Shown here: piece after piece, positions 12,511 to 24,875 of the stretch
Numbering within the stretch: position 1 is the first letter of the stretch
Layout of the letters: each line of letters opens with the position of its first letter
Assembly: GCA_030390025.1 (NCBI GenBank)
Contig: CM059431.1
Span: 146,446,001-146,510,000 of the forward strand
Origin: Squalus acanthias
Lineage: Eukaryota
Length of the DNA: 64,000 bases
Direction of reading: 5' to 3'
Made by a program: the position numbers and the translations under genes
Notes under the pieces: generated by a model
Told to the model about the DNA's origin: nothing
Databases searched by the model: none
What the model saw: only the letters and a program-made list of their open reading frames with translations

Positions 12511-13499
12511 AAAGGCTATGGGCACCGACAATATCCCGGCTGTTGTGCTGATGACTTGTGCTGCAGAACTAGCCGCGCTTCCAGCCAAGCTGTTCCAGTA
12601 CAGCTACAACACTGGCATTTATCCGACAATGTGGAAAATCGCCCAGGTATGTCCTGTCCACAAAAAGCAAGACAAATGAAGCAGTCCATAGCCGCATGCA
12701 ACAAGACCTGGACGATATTCAGGGTTGGTCTAATGAATGGCAGGTAACATTTGCGCCACACAAGTGCCGGGCAATGACTATCTCCAACAAGCGAGAGTCT
12801 AACCACCGCCCCTTGACATTCAATGGCATTACCATCGCCGAATCCCCCATCAACATCCTGGGGTCACCATTGACCAGAAACATAAATGAACCACCACATA
12901 AATACTGTGGCAACAAGAGCAAGCCAGGTACTAGGTATTCTGCGGCAAGTGTCTCAGCTCCTGACTTCCCAAAGCCTTTCCGGCATCTACAAGGCACAAG
13001 TAAGGAGCATGATGGAATACTCGCCACTTGCCTGTATGAGTGCAGCTCCAACAACACTTAAGAGGCTCGACACCATCCAGGACAAAGCAGCCGGCTTGAT
13101 TGGCATCCCATCCAACACCTTAAATATTCATTCCCTCCACCACCATCGTATCATCTACATGATGCACTGCAAAAACTCCGCAAGGCTTCTTCTACAGCAA
13201 CTCACAAAACTGCGACCTCTACGACCTAGAAGGACAAGGGCAGCAAGCGCCTGGGAACCACACCACCTCCAAGTTCCCCTCCAAGTCACACACCATCCTG
13301 ACTTGGAAGTTTATCGCCGTTCCTTCATCGTCGCTGGGTAACAATCCTGGAACTACCTACCTAACAGCGCCTTCACCACACATTGATCGCAGTGGTTCAA
13401 GAATGCGGCTCACCACCACCTTCTCAAGGGCAATTAGGGTTGGGCAATAAATGCTGGATTTGCCAGCGACGCCCAGATCCCGTGAACGAATAAAAAAAA
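12510..13499 (+). mobile_element. Second LINE family (CR1/L2 group, A-rich tail), internally deleted, inserted in a CR1
   Basis: KAMGTDNIP...WKIAQVCPVHKK joined directly to QQDLDDIQGW, then YKAQVRSMMEY; ends gaataaaaaaaa. Confidence 0.8.
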
Positions 13500-14659
13500 T
13501 AATTAGAGTTTTACATGATGATGTGAGGTTTGATAGAGAAAAACGATTCTCTCTGGCGAGTGGGTAAAGAACTAACGATATTGGCGAGCTTTACATATCA
13601 GTGAATCCGCAGGCAATTTGTTGCATCAAAGACTGAGTTTTAAGCCGGAAGCTTAACTTCTAACGATAGCTTCTGCGACTCTCACCTCGGCAAAATCATC
13701 GACTGAAGAGATTCTCAGTAAACTTCCTCATATTTGCAATCAATTACAACGGAAGCTTCCCGATGCCGGTCTTCAATCCTGGGTTTTGATCCCACCAGAT
13801 CTCCTTTCTGAACATAGCGACCTTTCTCCAGTCCCAGTTAGTGCAGTGATTATTCGAATTCTCTCTCTCCACCTTCCTGCGATACTGTTCAATCATAGAA
13901 ACTTTGAATATGAACATTATTCACCTTAATAAGAGATTATGTTACAGGCAAACAATGGGACTATCTTTGTGAGTGTAAACATATTTAAATTGAAAATATT
14001 TAAAAATTGTTTCAGTTACTTACTTTAATAATAAATAGCTCTTTTGATTGACCCTATCACAATATCTGCTGCCAAATCCAGCTCCGCCAACAGTAACACA
14101 ACACTGTTGGGGCGTAACCAGGGAAGGAAAGCTGTCTCCAGGTGACATCACAAAGGATACAGGAGACAATCACACATCAGCCAGTAACGATGTCGCAAAG
14201 CAGCCGGTGCCCCTCCCCCTCGATGTGTTCCAGGGCCACATGACCATGCTCTGCTCCTGGTGCGCAGTCTCACTGGGCATGAACACATGTTCTGCTGTCA
14301 CTCCTGTCTCCGACCCCGCCCCCATTTACTATGACTCGAGGTAGGGAGCACAGCCTCCAGAATTACCCCTTACGCATTCTCCCTCCCATCATCCAAATGC
14401 GAAGTCCCACTCTTTTATGGACCCCATGTCCAACACTTGTTTATAAATTTTAACGTCCCCCTTCTCTATATCAGGCTGCGTGTCTCCCTCCTGCTTTGGC
14501 AGTGAGAGGCAGTTTGAGGTAATATTGCTGAGATGAGGCAGTGATATTACAACCACCTCTGTCTTCTTAAAGTAGTCTACTCGCTTTAACAATAAGGAGC
14601 ATCAAAGAAAACATTTGGGGGATCATCAGCAGTATCAAGTGGTTTAAACATCGTGTTAG

Positions 14660-15250
14660 GAACAGCAAGGGTTAGATATAGGGTAAAGTTCCCTTAACAC
14701 TGTACCATCAGACACTCGCTGGGCAGGTATTTCATGGGTTAGACACAGAGTAAAGCTCCATCTACACCGTGCAATCAAACCATCCGTGGGCAGCTACAGC
14801 ACGGGTTTACTCCAGAGTAAAGCTCCATCTACAGTCTTCCCTCAAATACTCCCACTGCAGGTAAAGTACGGGTCAGATTCAAAGTAAAGCTCCCTCTACA
14901 CTGTCCCATCATATACTCCCATGGCAGGTAGAGGACGGGTTAGATACAGAGTAAAGCTCCCACTACACTGTCCCATCAAATACTTCCAAGAGAGGTACAG
15001 CAATTGTTAGATACAGAGAAAAGCTCCCGCTACACACTTCCATCAAATACCCCCAGGGCAGGTACAGCACGGGTTAGATACAGTATTAAGCTTCCTTTCG
15101 ACTGTCCCGTCAAATATTCCCAGGGCAGGTACGACAGGGGTTAAATACAGTGTAAATCTCGCTGTATTTTGATTCATCAAGCACATTCAACTCAGTTACA
15201 GCATGTGCTCAATGCAGCGTAAAGCTCCTCAGATACTATCCAATGAAGCA
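14660..15250. repeat. 67-bp tandem repeat array
   Basis: Unit acactgtcccatcaaacactcccagggcaggtacagcacgggttagatacagagtaaagctccctct; gtaaagctcc recurs about every 67 bp. Confidence 0.85.
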
Positions 15251-16471
15251 AATCAACTCAGGTAGAGCACGGCACGTTTGCAGGATAAAATTCCGTGTAC
15301 ATGTAACTTTCAAGCTCTCCCAGGTGAGGTATGGGCAAGATTCACACACGAGTGAATCCCCAGTCAAATTGAGGCATCAAAGGCCGAGCCGTACAGCAAA
15401 TGTTGAACAGCAGCCGATACCGGGTTCGATTCTCACCTCGGCAAAATCCTTGACTGATTGGATTCTCAGGAAAGTTCCCATTCATGAAATCATTGCAAAA
15501 GCTTTCTGTTTTATCCCGTCTTTGATTCTGTGGGGCATGGTACCACCAGATATGTTGTGTGAAACAAATGACATTTCACCGATCCCAGTTAGTGTGGTGA
15601 TGATTCACCTCCTCTCTCTCTCCACAGTCCTGAGGTACTGCTGACTCCGAGGAACCACCAATATATAAAAATGATTCATGTTAATTCCATAAACTGTGAT
15701 CGGAATACAATGGGACTAACTTTGCGACGATTAATATATTTACAATTAATTACATTTGGTTGAATAACTTACTTTAATATTAAAATGTTCTTTTCTGTCC
15801 TTGCCCATAGTTATAGAGACTATACTAAATTACAATATCTACTGCCAACTCCAGCTCCGCCCACAATAACTCATCACTGATGGGGCATAACCAGGGGTGG
15901 AAACCTGTCTCCAGGTGATATCATAAAGGAGCCAGGAGCCAATCATACAGCAGCCAGTAACAATGTCACAAAGCAGCCGGAGCTCCGCCCAGTCGAGGTG
16001 TCGCAGGGGTCACATGACCATGCTCTGCACCTGGTGTGCAGTCTCACTGGGGATGAACACATGTTGTTCATTCAGTCCCGTCTCCGACCCGTTCCATCTA
16101 CTGAAATCCCATGCAAGGAGCACAACCACGCAAAATTGCCCCTTACTCATTCTCCGTCCCATCCTCCAAATATGAGGTCCCACTATTCAATGGCTCAAAC
16201 GTCCACCTTTTGATTTATACACCCCAAACACTCCCTCACATGATATCAAGTAGTGCGTCTCCCTCCTTTCTCGACAGTGGAATGCAGTTTGAGGTAATGG
16301 TGCGTTGATGAAGGTATAACAAACCCCTCATCTGTGTTCTAAAACTAGTCTATTCCCTGAAACAGGAAGGGGCGTCTAAGGCACATTGCAGGGATCATCA
16401 GGGCTATAAATGGGTGGGGCCATATGAAGAATAATTGGAGGTGAAATCATTGGCAATAATAGTTAATTCTC

Positions 16472-16880
16472 TGTCTACACTGTCCCATCAAACACTCACA
16501 GTTCAGGTACGGCATGACAGACATGCAGATTGAATCAACCGCTACACCGTCCCATCAAACACTCACAGTTCAGGTACAGCCTGGCTTACATACAGGGTAA
16601 AACATATTTAAAGTTCCAATAAAACACTCCCACTTCAAGTCAAGCAGGAGATGGATACTGAGTAATGTTCCCTCTAAATTGTCCAATCAAACACTCCCAG
16701 GTTCGGTACAGTATGGGTAAATACAGAGCAAAGTTCCCTCAACACTGTCCCATCTGAAACTCCCAGGGTAGGTAGACAGGGGTTAGATACAGTGTAAATC
16801 TCACTGTATTATCGTTCATCAAGCACAGTGATCTCAGATACAGCATGTGACCAATGCAGAGTGCAGCTCCTCTGAAACTA
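16472..16880. repeat. 67-bp tandem repeat array, second copy
   Basis: Same unit as 14660-15250. Confidence 0.8.
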
Positions 16881-17339
16881 CCCAATGAAGCTCACCATCT
16901 CACGTAAGGCGTGGTATGAATACAGGACAGAAATCCCTGTACATGTAAGTGTCACGCACTCCCAGTGAGGTATGGGCGAGCTTTACATCCCAGTGAATCT
17001 CCAGTCAAATTGCCGTATCAAATGCCGAGCCTTTTGCCAGAAATTAAACGGCTTCCAACAGAGTGTTAGACTCTCACCTTGAAAAAATCCTGCACTGATG
17101 GAATTCTCAGTGGAGCTCCTCGCCTTTCCAATCATTCATGATGCTTCCTGATTAATCCCGTCTTGTTCAATGAGAGTGTTGGTCCCATCAGATATGCTCG
17201 TTGAGTCGCAGTTAGTGTGATGCTGATTCGAAATTGCTCTCTTACCTTCCTGAGATAATGCTCACCCCGAGAATCATTTAATATCAAAATGATTCATTAA
17301 TTCTGGAATCTGTTACTCAACAACAATGGGACTAAAAAG

Positions 17340-19885
17340 AGATTGTAACGGGACAAAAGATGGCTCTAGATGAAGTGTAAATGTCAGAATGATCGACAGC
17401 TGCCATGTGGGAGAGAGAAAAAAAATAAATGGGAAAAAAATGGATAGGGGCAGAGGTTATGTTCTGAAATTGTTGAACTCTATGTTGAGTCCGAAGACTG
17501 TAAAGTGCCTAATCGAATGATGAGGTGCTGCTACTCGAGCTTACGTTGAGCTTCATTGGAACAGTGTAAGAGGCCGAGGACGGAGAGGTCAGAGTGGGAG
17601 TGGAGCGAAGAATTAAAGTGACAGGCGACCGGAAGCTCAGGGTCAACCTTACGGACTGAACGGAGGTGTTCTGCAAAGCGGTCACCCAAGCTGCGTTTGG
17701 TCTCCCCAATGTAGAGGAGACCGCATCGTGAGCAGCGATTACAGTATACTAAAGTGCAAGAAATAAAAGTAAATCGCTGTTTCACCTGGAATGAGTGTTT
17801 GGGGCCCTGGACAGTGGGAAGGGTGGAGTTAAAAGGCCATGTGTTGCATCTCCTGTGCTTGCATGGGAAGGTGCCGGACGAAGGGAAATGGGTATTGGGG
17901 GTGATAGAGGAGTGGACTAGGGTGTCGTGGAGGGAGCGGTCCCTTGGTACTGCTGAAAGGGGAGGTGAGGTGCAGATGTTTTTGCGGGGGGATCACGCTG
18001 GAGGTGGCGGTAATGGTGGAGGATGAGCCGTTGAATGTGGAAGCCGGTGGGGTGAAAGATGAGGAAAAGGGGAACCCTATCGTGGTTCTGGAAGGTAGGG
18101 GAAGTGGTGAGAGCAGAAGTGCGGTAAATAGAACGGAATCGGTCAAGGGCCATGTCAACCACAGTAGAGGGGAATCCTCGGTTAAGGAAAAAGGAAGACA
18201 TATCGGAAGCACTAGTATGGAAGGTGTCATCGTCAGAGCAGATGCAACGGAGATGTAGAAACTGAGAGAATGGAATAGAGTCCTTACAGGAATCGAGGTG
18301 GGAGGAAGTGTAGTCCAGGTAGCTGTGGGAGTCAGTGGGCTTGTAGTGAATGTTTGTCAATAGCTTATCCCCAGAGATGGAGTCAGAGAAGTAGAGGAAG
18401 GGAAGGGAAGAGACGGAGATGGAGATGTGAAGGTGAGGGAAGGGTGGAAATTTTTAGCAAAGTGAATGACATTTTCTAGTTCAGAGCGAGAGCAGGAAAC
18501 AGCACCGATACAGTCATCAATGTACCAGAAAAAGATTTAAGGGAGGGGACCTGAGTAGGACTGGAACAAAGAATGTTCCACCTATCCCACGAAAAGGCAG
18601 GCATAGCTGGGACCCATGCGGGTTCCCATAGCGACACCTTAGATTTGGAGGAAGTGTGTGGAGTCAAAGGAGAAGTTGTTCAATGAGAGAACAAGTTCAG
18701 CCAGGCGGAGGAGTGTGGTGGTGGATGGGGGCTTGTTGGGCCTCTGTTCAAGGAAGAAGCGGAGCGCCCTCAGGCTCTCCTGGTGGGCGATGGAGGTGTA
18801 GAGGGATGGGACGTCCATAGTGAAAAGGAGACGGTTGGGGCCAGGAAACTGGAAACTGTTAAAGTGGCAGAGAGCGTCGGACGAGTCACGGATGTAGGTG
18901 TGAAGAGACTGGACAAGGGGAGAAAAAATAGAGTAGTGATAGGAAGGGATATGTTCCGTGGGACAATAACAGGCTGAAACGATGGGTCTACCATGGCAGT
19001 CCTGTTTGTGGATCTTGGGAAGGAGGTAGAAGTGGGCTGTGCGTGGTTGGGAAACTATGAAGTTGGCGGCCGTGGAGGGAAGTTCTCCAGAGGAGATGAA
19101 GTCAGTGACAGTCTTGGAATCGGTGGCTTGATGTTCGGGAGTGGGGTCATGCTCCAGGCGAAGCTAGGAGGATCTGTCGGAGAGTTGGCGTTCAGCCTCC
19201 ACTCGGTAGATGTCGGTTCGCCAAACAACAACAGCACCACCCTTGTCAGCAGTTTTAATGACAATGTTGGGGATGGATCTGAGAGAATGGAGTGCTTCAA
19301 GTTCAGAGGGAGGTAGGTTGGAGTAGGTAAGGGGAACAGAGAAATGGAGACGCGGAAGTTTGCAATGAAAAGATCTAGATAGGTTAAGAGGGAGGGGTCC
19401 ATGTAGAACGAGAATTCTGAAAACGGGAGAAAGGGTCAGCTGTGCCGAGGGAAGACTCCTGGCCAAAGAAGTGGGCACGGAGACGAAGGCGGCGGAAACA
19501 AAGCTCAACGTGGTGCCGAGCTCGAAATTCATTGAGGTGGGCGCGTAAGGGGATGAAGCTCAGGCCTTTGCTGAGGACTGATCGTTCGGGTTCAGAGAGT
19601 GGAAGGTCAGAGGGTGTAGCGAAAAGATGACATAGGGTGAGATTGGAAGAAGGGATGGGGTCAGAGGAACGTCAAGGGGAAGAAGGTTCTGGAGGGGTGT
19701 TGATGTCCAAGTGTTGTTGAAGTTTGCTATGCTTGACACATGAAAGGAAGAAAAAAAGGTTTTTGTTAAAGCGCCGGATGAGGCGAAGAATGAAATGGAT
19801 CTCCGGACCAGGACAACTTTGAGATAGAGTGAGGCGGTGCTGCTGAAGAGTTTTGTTAAAGCGCCGGATGAGGAGAAGGATGTGG
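17340..19885 (-). mobile_element. Penelope-like retroelement (RT plus GIY-YIG endonuclease), frameshifted
   Basis: VIKTADKGGAVVV, GVAMGTRMGPSYA, WYIDDCIG, YKPTDSHSYLDY, and LVYCNRCSRCGLLYIGETKRSLGDRFAEH. Confidence 0.92.
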
Positions 19886-19887
19886 TT

Positions 19888-20400
19888 CAATGTGTTCAGT
19901 TCTGGTCACCGCACCTTTGGACGGGTTTATTAGCCTTGGAGGGAGTGCAGCCTAGATTTACCGGAATGATACATAGACTCCAAGGGTTAAATTACGAGGA
20001 GAGATTACTCAAATTAGGGTTGTATTACCTGGAATTTAAAAGCTTAAGGGGTGATTTGATTGAAGTATTCAAGATATTAAAGCGAACTGATAGAGCAGAT
20101 AGAGAGAAACTGTTTCCGATGTTCTAGGACGAGGGGGCAGAGTCTAAAAAATAGAGCCAGACCTTTCAGGAGTGAAGTTCGGAAACACTTCTACATGCAA
20201 TGGGTGGTAGACATTTGTAACTCACTTCCGCAATCTGCAGTTGATGCTGAGTCAATTGTTAATTTTAAACATGATCGTTTTTTGTTAACCTCCGGGATAT
20301 CGGGAAAAGGGATATAAATGGAGTTGGGTCACAGATCACACATGATCTAATTAAATGGCGGAACAGGCTCAAGGGTGTAAATGGCTCACTCCTGTTCCTA
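19888..20400 (+). mobile_element. CR1 3' end
   Basis: CVQFWSPH and LRGDLIEVFKI followed by CR1 3' UTR. Confidence 0.85.
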
Positions 20401-20470
20401 TAATGAGTGTGAAATGATCGTGTTTCAAGGTGCTGCACGCAAGTGGAGATGAGAATCGTGATTTAAAAAA

Positions 20471-20535
20471 AGCCCGAATAGGGACTTGAACCCTGGACCC
20501 TCAGAATAAAAGTCTGCCGACTGAGCTATCCGGGC
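20471..20535 (-). pseudogene. tRNA-Lys(TTT) pseudogene with an 8-nt D-arm deletion
   Basis: GCCCGGATAGCTCAGTCGG[8 nt missing]CAGACTTTTATTCTGAGGGTCCAGGGTTCAAGTCCCTATTCGGGC, followed by a T7 run. Confidence 0.85.
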
Positions 20536-20905
20536 TCTGCTACCGACACGCAAAACAACGACTTTCATTGGCTCACGTACTGCATTACACACTCAACCAA
20601 TTGCATTTGACTCCAGTAATCCCGCCTCTACAGCGCATTTCTCTCACAAACGTAGACTGACTGACTGCTTCACATCAGGAACAGTCTCCCTCCCACAAAG
20701 GACACGCTCTTTAACAGCGGCCTCAGATGGGAAAACGGAGGTGTCAGTTTGTTACAGTAAATACATGAGGGCATCTGGCGCTTCTCTCCCTGACACTAGG
20801 GAACTAGTGAGACAGACTTTACAGCAAGGTTCTGTTTATTGTGAAAAAGCAAAGAAAATATTGTGACGGAATTATCCAGACTCCAATCAACGCTAAAAAG
20901 AACTT

Positions 20906-20978
20906 TGACCCCGACGTGATTTGAACACGCAGCCTTCCTGATTTAGAGTCAGACGCGCTACCGTTGCGCCACGAGGTC
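20906..20978 (-). tRNA. tRNA-Trp-derived gene with CTA (amber) anticodon; candidate suppressor or young pseudogene
   Basis: GACCTCG TG GCGC AACGGTA GCGC G TCTGA CT-CTA-AA TCAGG AAGGCT GCGTG TTCAAAT CACGT CGGGGTC A; all four stems pair; T5 terminator 7 nt downstream. Confidence 0.85.
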
Positions 20979-21351
20979 ATAACAACCCGCCGAAATAAAG
21001 CAGTAAACTGCTCAGAATACACAACAGGTGGTGCAGTTTCCGAAAAACAATTAAACTTTCGGCGTGTAGACAGTAGTTAGAACTACAAACAAGGCCATGT
21101 GAAAATATAAACAGTGGGTGTGTATACAAAATCATAGAAACTCACAGCACAGAAGGAGGACATTCGGCCCGTCGTGCCTTTGCTGGCTTAGAAAGAGCAG
21201 CCGTGCTGTATTTCCATATTAGTCCAACCAAAGTGCATCACTTCACTCTTCTCCGCATTGACCTCCATCTGCCATGCTTCTGTCCATTTCACCATCCTGT
21301 CTGTTTCATCCTGAAGTCGACAACTATCCTCATCATTATCTATCATCTATT

Positions 21352-23925
21352 GAGAGGCCGGAGTCGGGAGTAGCAGACAGTGGCGGTTCAGTGAGTACTT
21401 AAACTCACTTTCGCGGGCTTTTTTTCAAAGGCCAGAGTCGGGAGGAGCAAAGAGTGGCGGTTCAGTGAGTACTTAAACTCACTTTCGCAGGCTTTTTTTC
21501 AAAGGCTTACCAATCTCACAGACGGGCGGCGGCGTTCCAGATCCACGTCACGATTCAAAAAGTGACGCGGGCAAGAGGAAGCAGCTGATTGGGTGAGGAG
21601 GGCCAGGTGAGTATTTATACTACTCTATAGTTTGACAGTTAAGGTTAATAGTTTATAAAGTTTAGAAGATCTTAATTTTGTGGTTATAGTTTCTCAGGTT
21701 TCTGTTGTGTAGCGGGGAGTACTAGTAAGCAAGGGCCATTGAGTATCACATTTAATTGTAGTGTAATTGGTGGTATTGATTTGATTTAATTTAATTTAAA
21801 TTAATTAAAGGCTTAGTCATGGCAGCACAGCTCGGCCCCGTGGTCTGCTCCTCCTGCGCTATGTGGGAAATCAGGGACACTTCCTGTGACCCTGACGACC
21901 ATGTGTGCGGGAAGTGTATCCAGCTGCAGCTACTGGCAGACCACATTGTGGCGCTGGAGCTGCGAATGGATGCATACTGCAGAAATCGCGATGCTGAGGA
22001 CGTCGTAGATAGCACGTTTAATGAGTTGGTAACTCCGCAGATAAAGGCTGCACAGGCAGGAAGGGAATGGGTGACCGCCAGGCAGAGTAGTAGGCGCAGG
22101 CAGGTAGTGCAGTGGTCCCCTGTGGCCATCCCCCTCTCAAACAGATATACCACTTTGAATATTGTTGAGGTGGATGGCTTATCGGGGGAAGGCAGCAGCA
22201 ACCAACTTCCTGGCACCATGGGTGGGTCTGTTGCACAGGAAGGGAGGAAAAAGAGGGGGAGAGCTATAGTGATAGGGTGTTCTATTGTAAGGGGAATAGA
22301 TAGGCGGTTCTGCGGCCGCAAACAAGACTCCAGGATGGTATGTTGCCTCCCTGGTGCAAGGGTCAAGGATGTCTCGGAGCGGCTGCAGGGCATTCTGTAG
22401 GGGAGGGTGAACAGCCAGTTGTCGTGGTGCATATAGGTACCAACGATATAGGTAAAAAACGGGATGAGGTCCAAAAAGCTGGATATAGGGAGTTAGGAGG
22501 TAAATTAAAAAATAGTACCTCAAAGGTAGTAATCTCAGGATTGCTACTAGTGCCACGTACTAGTCAGAGTAGAAATAGAAGAATATTTCAGATGAATACG
22601 TGGCTAGAAGAATGGTGCAAGGGGGAGGGATTCAAATTTCTGGGCCATTGGAACCCGTTCTGGGGAGTTGGGACCAGTATAAACTGGACGGTTTGCACCT
22701 GGGCAGGACCGGGGCCGATGTCCCAGTGGAAGTGTTTGCTAGTGCTGTTGGGGAGGGTTTAAACTAAAATGGTAGGGGGTTGGGAACCTGTGCAGGGAGA
22801 CAGAGGAATGGGAAGCAAGGACAGAAGCAAAAGACAGGAAGGAGAAAAGCAAATGTGGAAGGCAGAGAAATCAAGGGTTTAAATCAAACATGGCCACAGT
22901 AAACAATAATTTTAAATGGTGTAAGCGTGTTAAAAAAGCAAGCCTGAAGGCTCTGTGTCTTAATGCGAGGAGCATTCGTAGTATAGTGGTAGAATTAGCT
23001 GTGCAAATAGATGTAAACAGATATGATATAATTAGGATTACAGAGACATGGCTCCAGGGTGACCAAGGCTGGGAATTCAACATCCAGGTGTATTCAATAT
23101 TCAGGAAGGCCAGGCAAAAAGGAAAAGGAGGTGGGGTAGCATTGCTGGTTAAATAGGAGATTAACAAAATAATAAGGAAGGATATTAGCTCTGATGATGT
23201 GGAATCTGTATGTGTAGAGCTGAGAAATACCAAGGGGCAGAAAACGTTAGTGGGAGTTGTATACAGACCCCCAAACAGTAATGCTGAGGTTGGGGATGGC
23301 ATTAAACGGGAAATTAGAGACACATGCAACAAGGGCACAGGAAAATCATGGGTGACTTTCAAACAGATATAGATTGGGCTAATCAAATTAGTAACAATAC
23401 TGTGGAGGAGGAATTCATAGAGTGTATACGGGATGGTTTCCTGGACCAATATGTGGAGGAACCAACTAGAGATCAGGCCATCTTAGACTGGGTATTATGT
23501 AATGAGAAAGGATTAATTAGCAATCTTTTGTGCGAAGCCCCTTGGGATGAGCGATCATAATATGATAGCATTCTTCATTAAGATGGAGAGCGAAGTAGTT
23601 GACTCAGAGACAAGGGTCCTGAATTTAACTAAAGGAAACTACGATGGTATGAGGCGCGGGTTGGCTAGGATGGATTGGGGACCGTTACTTAAAGGGTTGA
23701 CGGTGGATAGGCAATGGCAAACATTTAAAGACCGCACGGATGAACTACAGAATTTCTTCATCCCTGTTTGGCATAAAAATAAAGCAAAAATGGTGACTCA
23801 ACCGTGGCTAACAAGGGAAATTAGGGATAGGATAAGATCCAAGGAGAGGACATATAAATTGGCCAGAAAAAGCAGCAAACCTGAGGATTGGGAGCAGATT
23901 AGGATTCAGCAAAGGAGGACAAAGG
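21352..23925 (+). mobile_element. CR1 LINE 5' half: 5' UTR, ORF1 (zinc finger plus SGNH esterase, 21819 to about 22767) and ORF2 APE endonuclease, disrupted
   Basis: CSSC...CGKC, VIGCSIVR, HIGTND, DGLHL; LCLNARSIR, ITETWL, YRPPN, SDHN. Confidence 0.9.
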
Positions 23926-24528
23926 CGCAGTTAATTCGTGCGAGCTGTGGGATCACGTGATTCAGTTAGAGCCAATGGCAGCACACCATCTTTCATTCAT
24001 AGTTTTCACTGCAAGGGCTGTGAAAGCTATGAATCTATACCCCCCCAAAAGAACAGCTAAACCTCAATTAAATTAAAAAAAAAACGCCATGACATTAATA
24101 AAATAAGTATAGTTAAATAAATTAATCACTTTAAACAAAAAATTAAATTTTTGAAAAAATTTAAAATCTTTTTAAAAGTTATAAAAATAAACTTACCTTT
24201 CTTTAAAGTCTCTAAAAAAGATATACCTGTTGAAAAAAATTCAAAATAATACTTAATTAACTACTTACCTTGTTAAAAGAGGGTCTTACGCCTCCTTTCT
24301 TTATGTGCAAAGTCTTCCATGCTTCCCTGCGCGTTCAAAGCACGAAGTGCACTGCGTGTGCGCAGCCTGTAGCGCGCACGCGGTTCACCTAGGAACCGCC
24401 CCCTTTTGAAATCACCAAGTGCCGGTTTTCAGTGCATGCGCAGTGCATGCAGAAAACCGGCAATTGGAGACAGAATACGCGAGAGTACACAGTGCGTACT
24501 CTCGCGTAGTGAGACTAATTTTTGGGCC
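23926..24528 (-). mobile_element. Possible one end of a non-autonomous DNA transposon
   Basis: CpG-rich block with imperfect palindromes ending in a TIR-like GGCCCAAAAATTAG (reverse complement), similar in style to the 49694 element end; no partner TIR seen. Confidence 0.3.
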
Positions 24529-24726
24529 AATGTTCCCGCCCGGGCCCGGGACATTCCGCGTGTGAGACGAAGGTGATAACCGCTCCAGTCCGGAAACCAG
24601 CGCTTCACCGCACACACACTGTTCAGCGAGATGCTCAATTCCTATTTCTGCAAATTCATCACCAGTGAACCGACAATCCCAGGGTGCTGGTTTTCAGATT
24701 TACATCAGTAACCTTTTAAATAAAGT

Positions 24727-24816
24727 CATGTCACCGTGAACCAGCTCTCCTGCAACCGGTGCGGTCTCCCTTCCAGCCTTTCCGTGCCTTGTTTGTTCCG
24801 AAGTTTTCTGATTGTC
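24727..24816 (+). repeat. Left arm of a 90-bp inverted repeat
   Basis: Reverse complement of 27227-27316 with about 5 mismatches. Confidence 0.9.
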
Positions 24817-24875
24817 ATCGAGCTGAAACGTTAACTCTGTTTCTCTCTCCACAGATGCTGCCTGACCTGCTGGAT
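24817..24875 (+). mobile_element. Short Penelope-type terminal fragment
   Basis: ctgaaacgttaactctgtttctctctccacagatgctgcctgacctgctg, recognised from memory only. Confidence 0.45.

Larger units (their letters stand above)
13583..17335. repeat. Diverged tandem duplication of a 1.65-1.75 kb module (two full copies plus a truncated third)
   Basis: Homologous anchors at about 13583, 15333 and 16974; ctcacct at 13681, 15432, 17073; acaatgggact in all three; block 14060-14400 matches 15832-16175. Confidence 0.85.

Noticed and set aside
15420..15435. B-box-like GGTTCGATTC
   Set aside because: No cloverleaf or A box, and absent from the other two module copies
22398..22400. TAG stops in CR1 ORFs (also 42852) as suppressor targets
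   Set aside because: Those elements also carry frameshifts and other stops, consistent with ordinary decay
24727..24790. Vault RNA or similar Pol III RNA in the inverted-repeat arm
   Set aside because: Only the ccagccttt end is reminiscent; no A box or complementary 5' stem found
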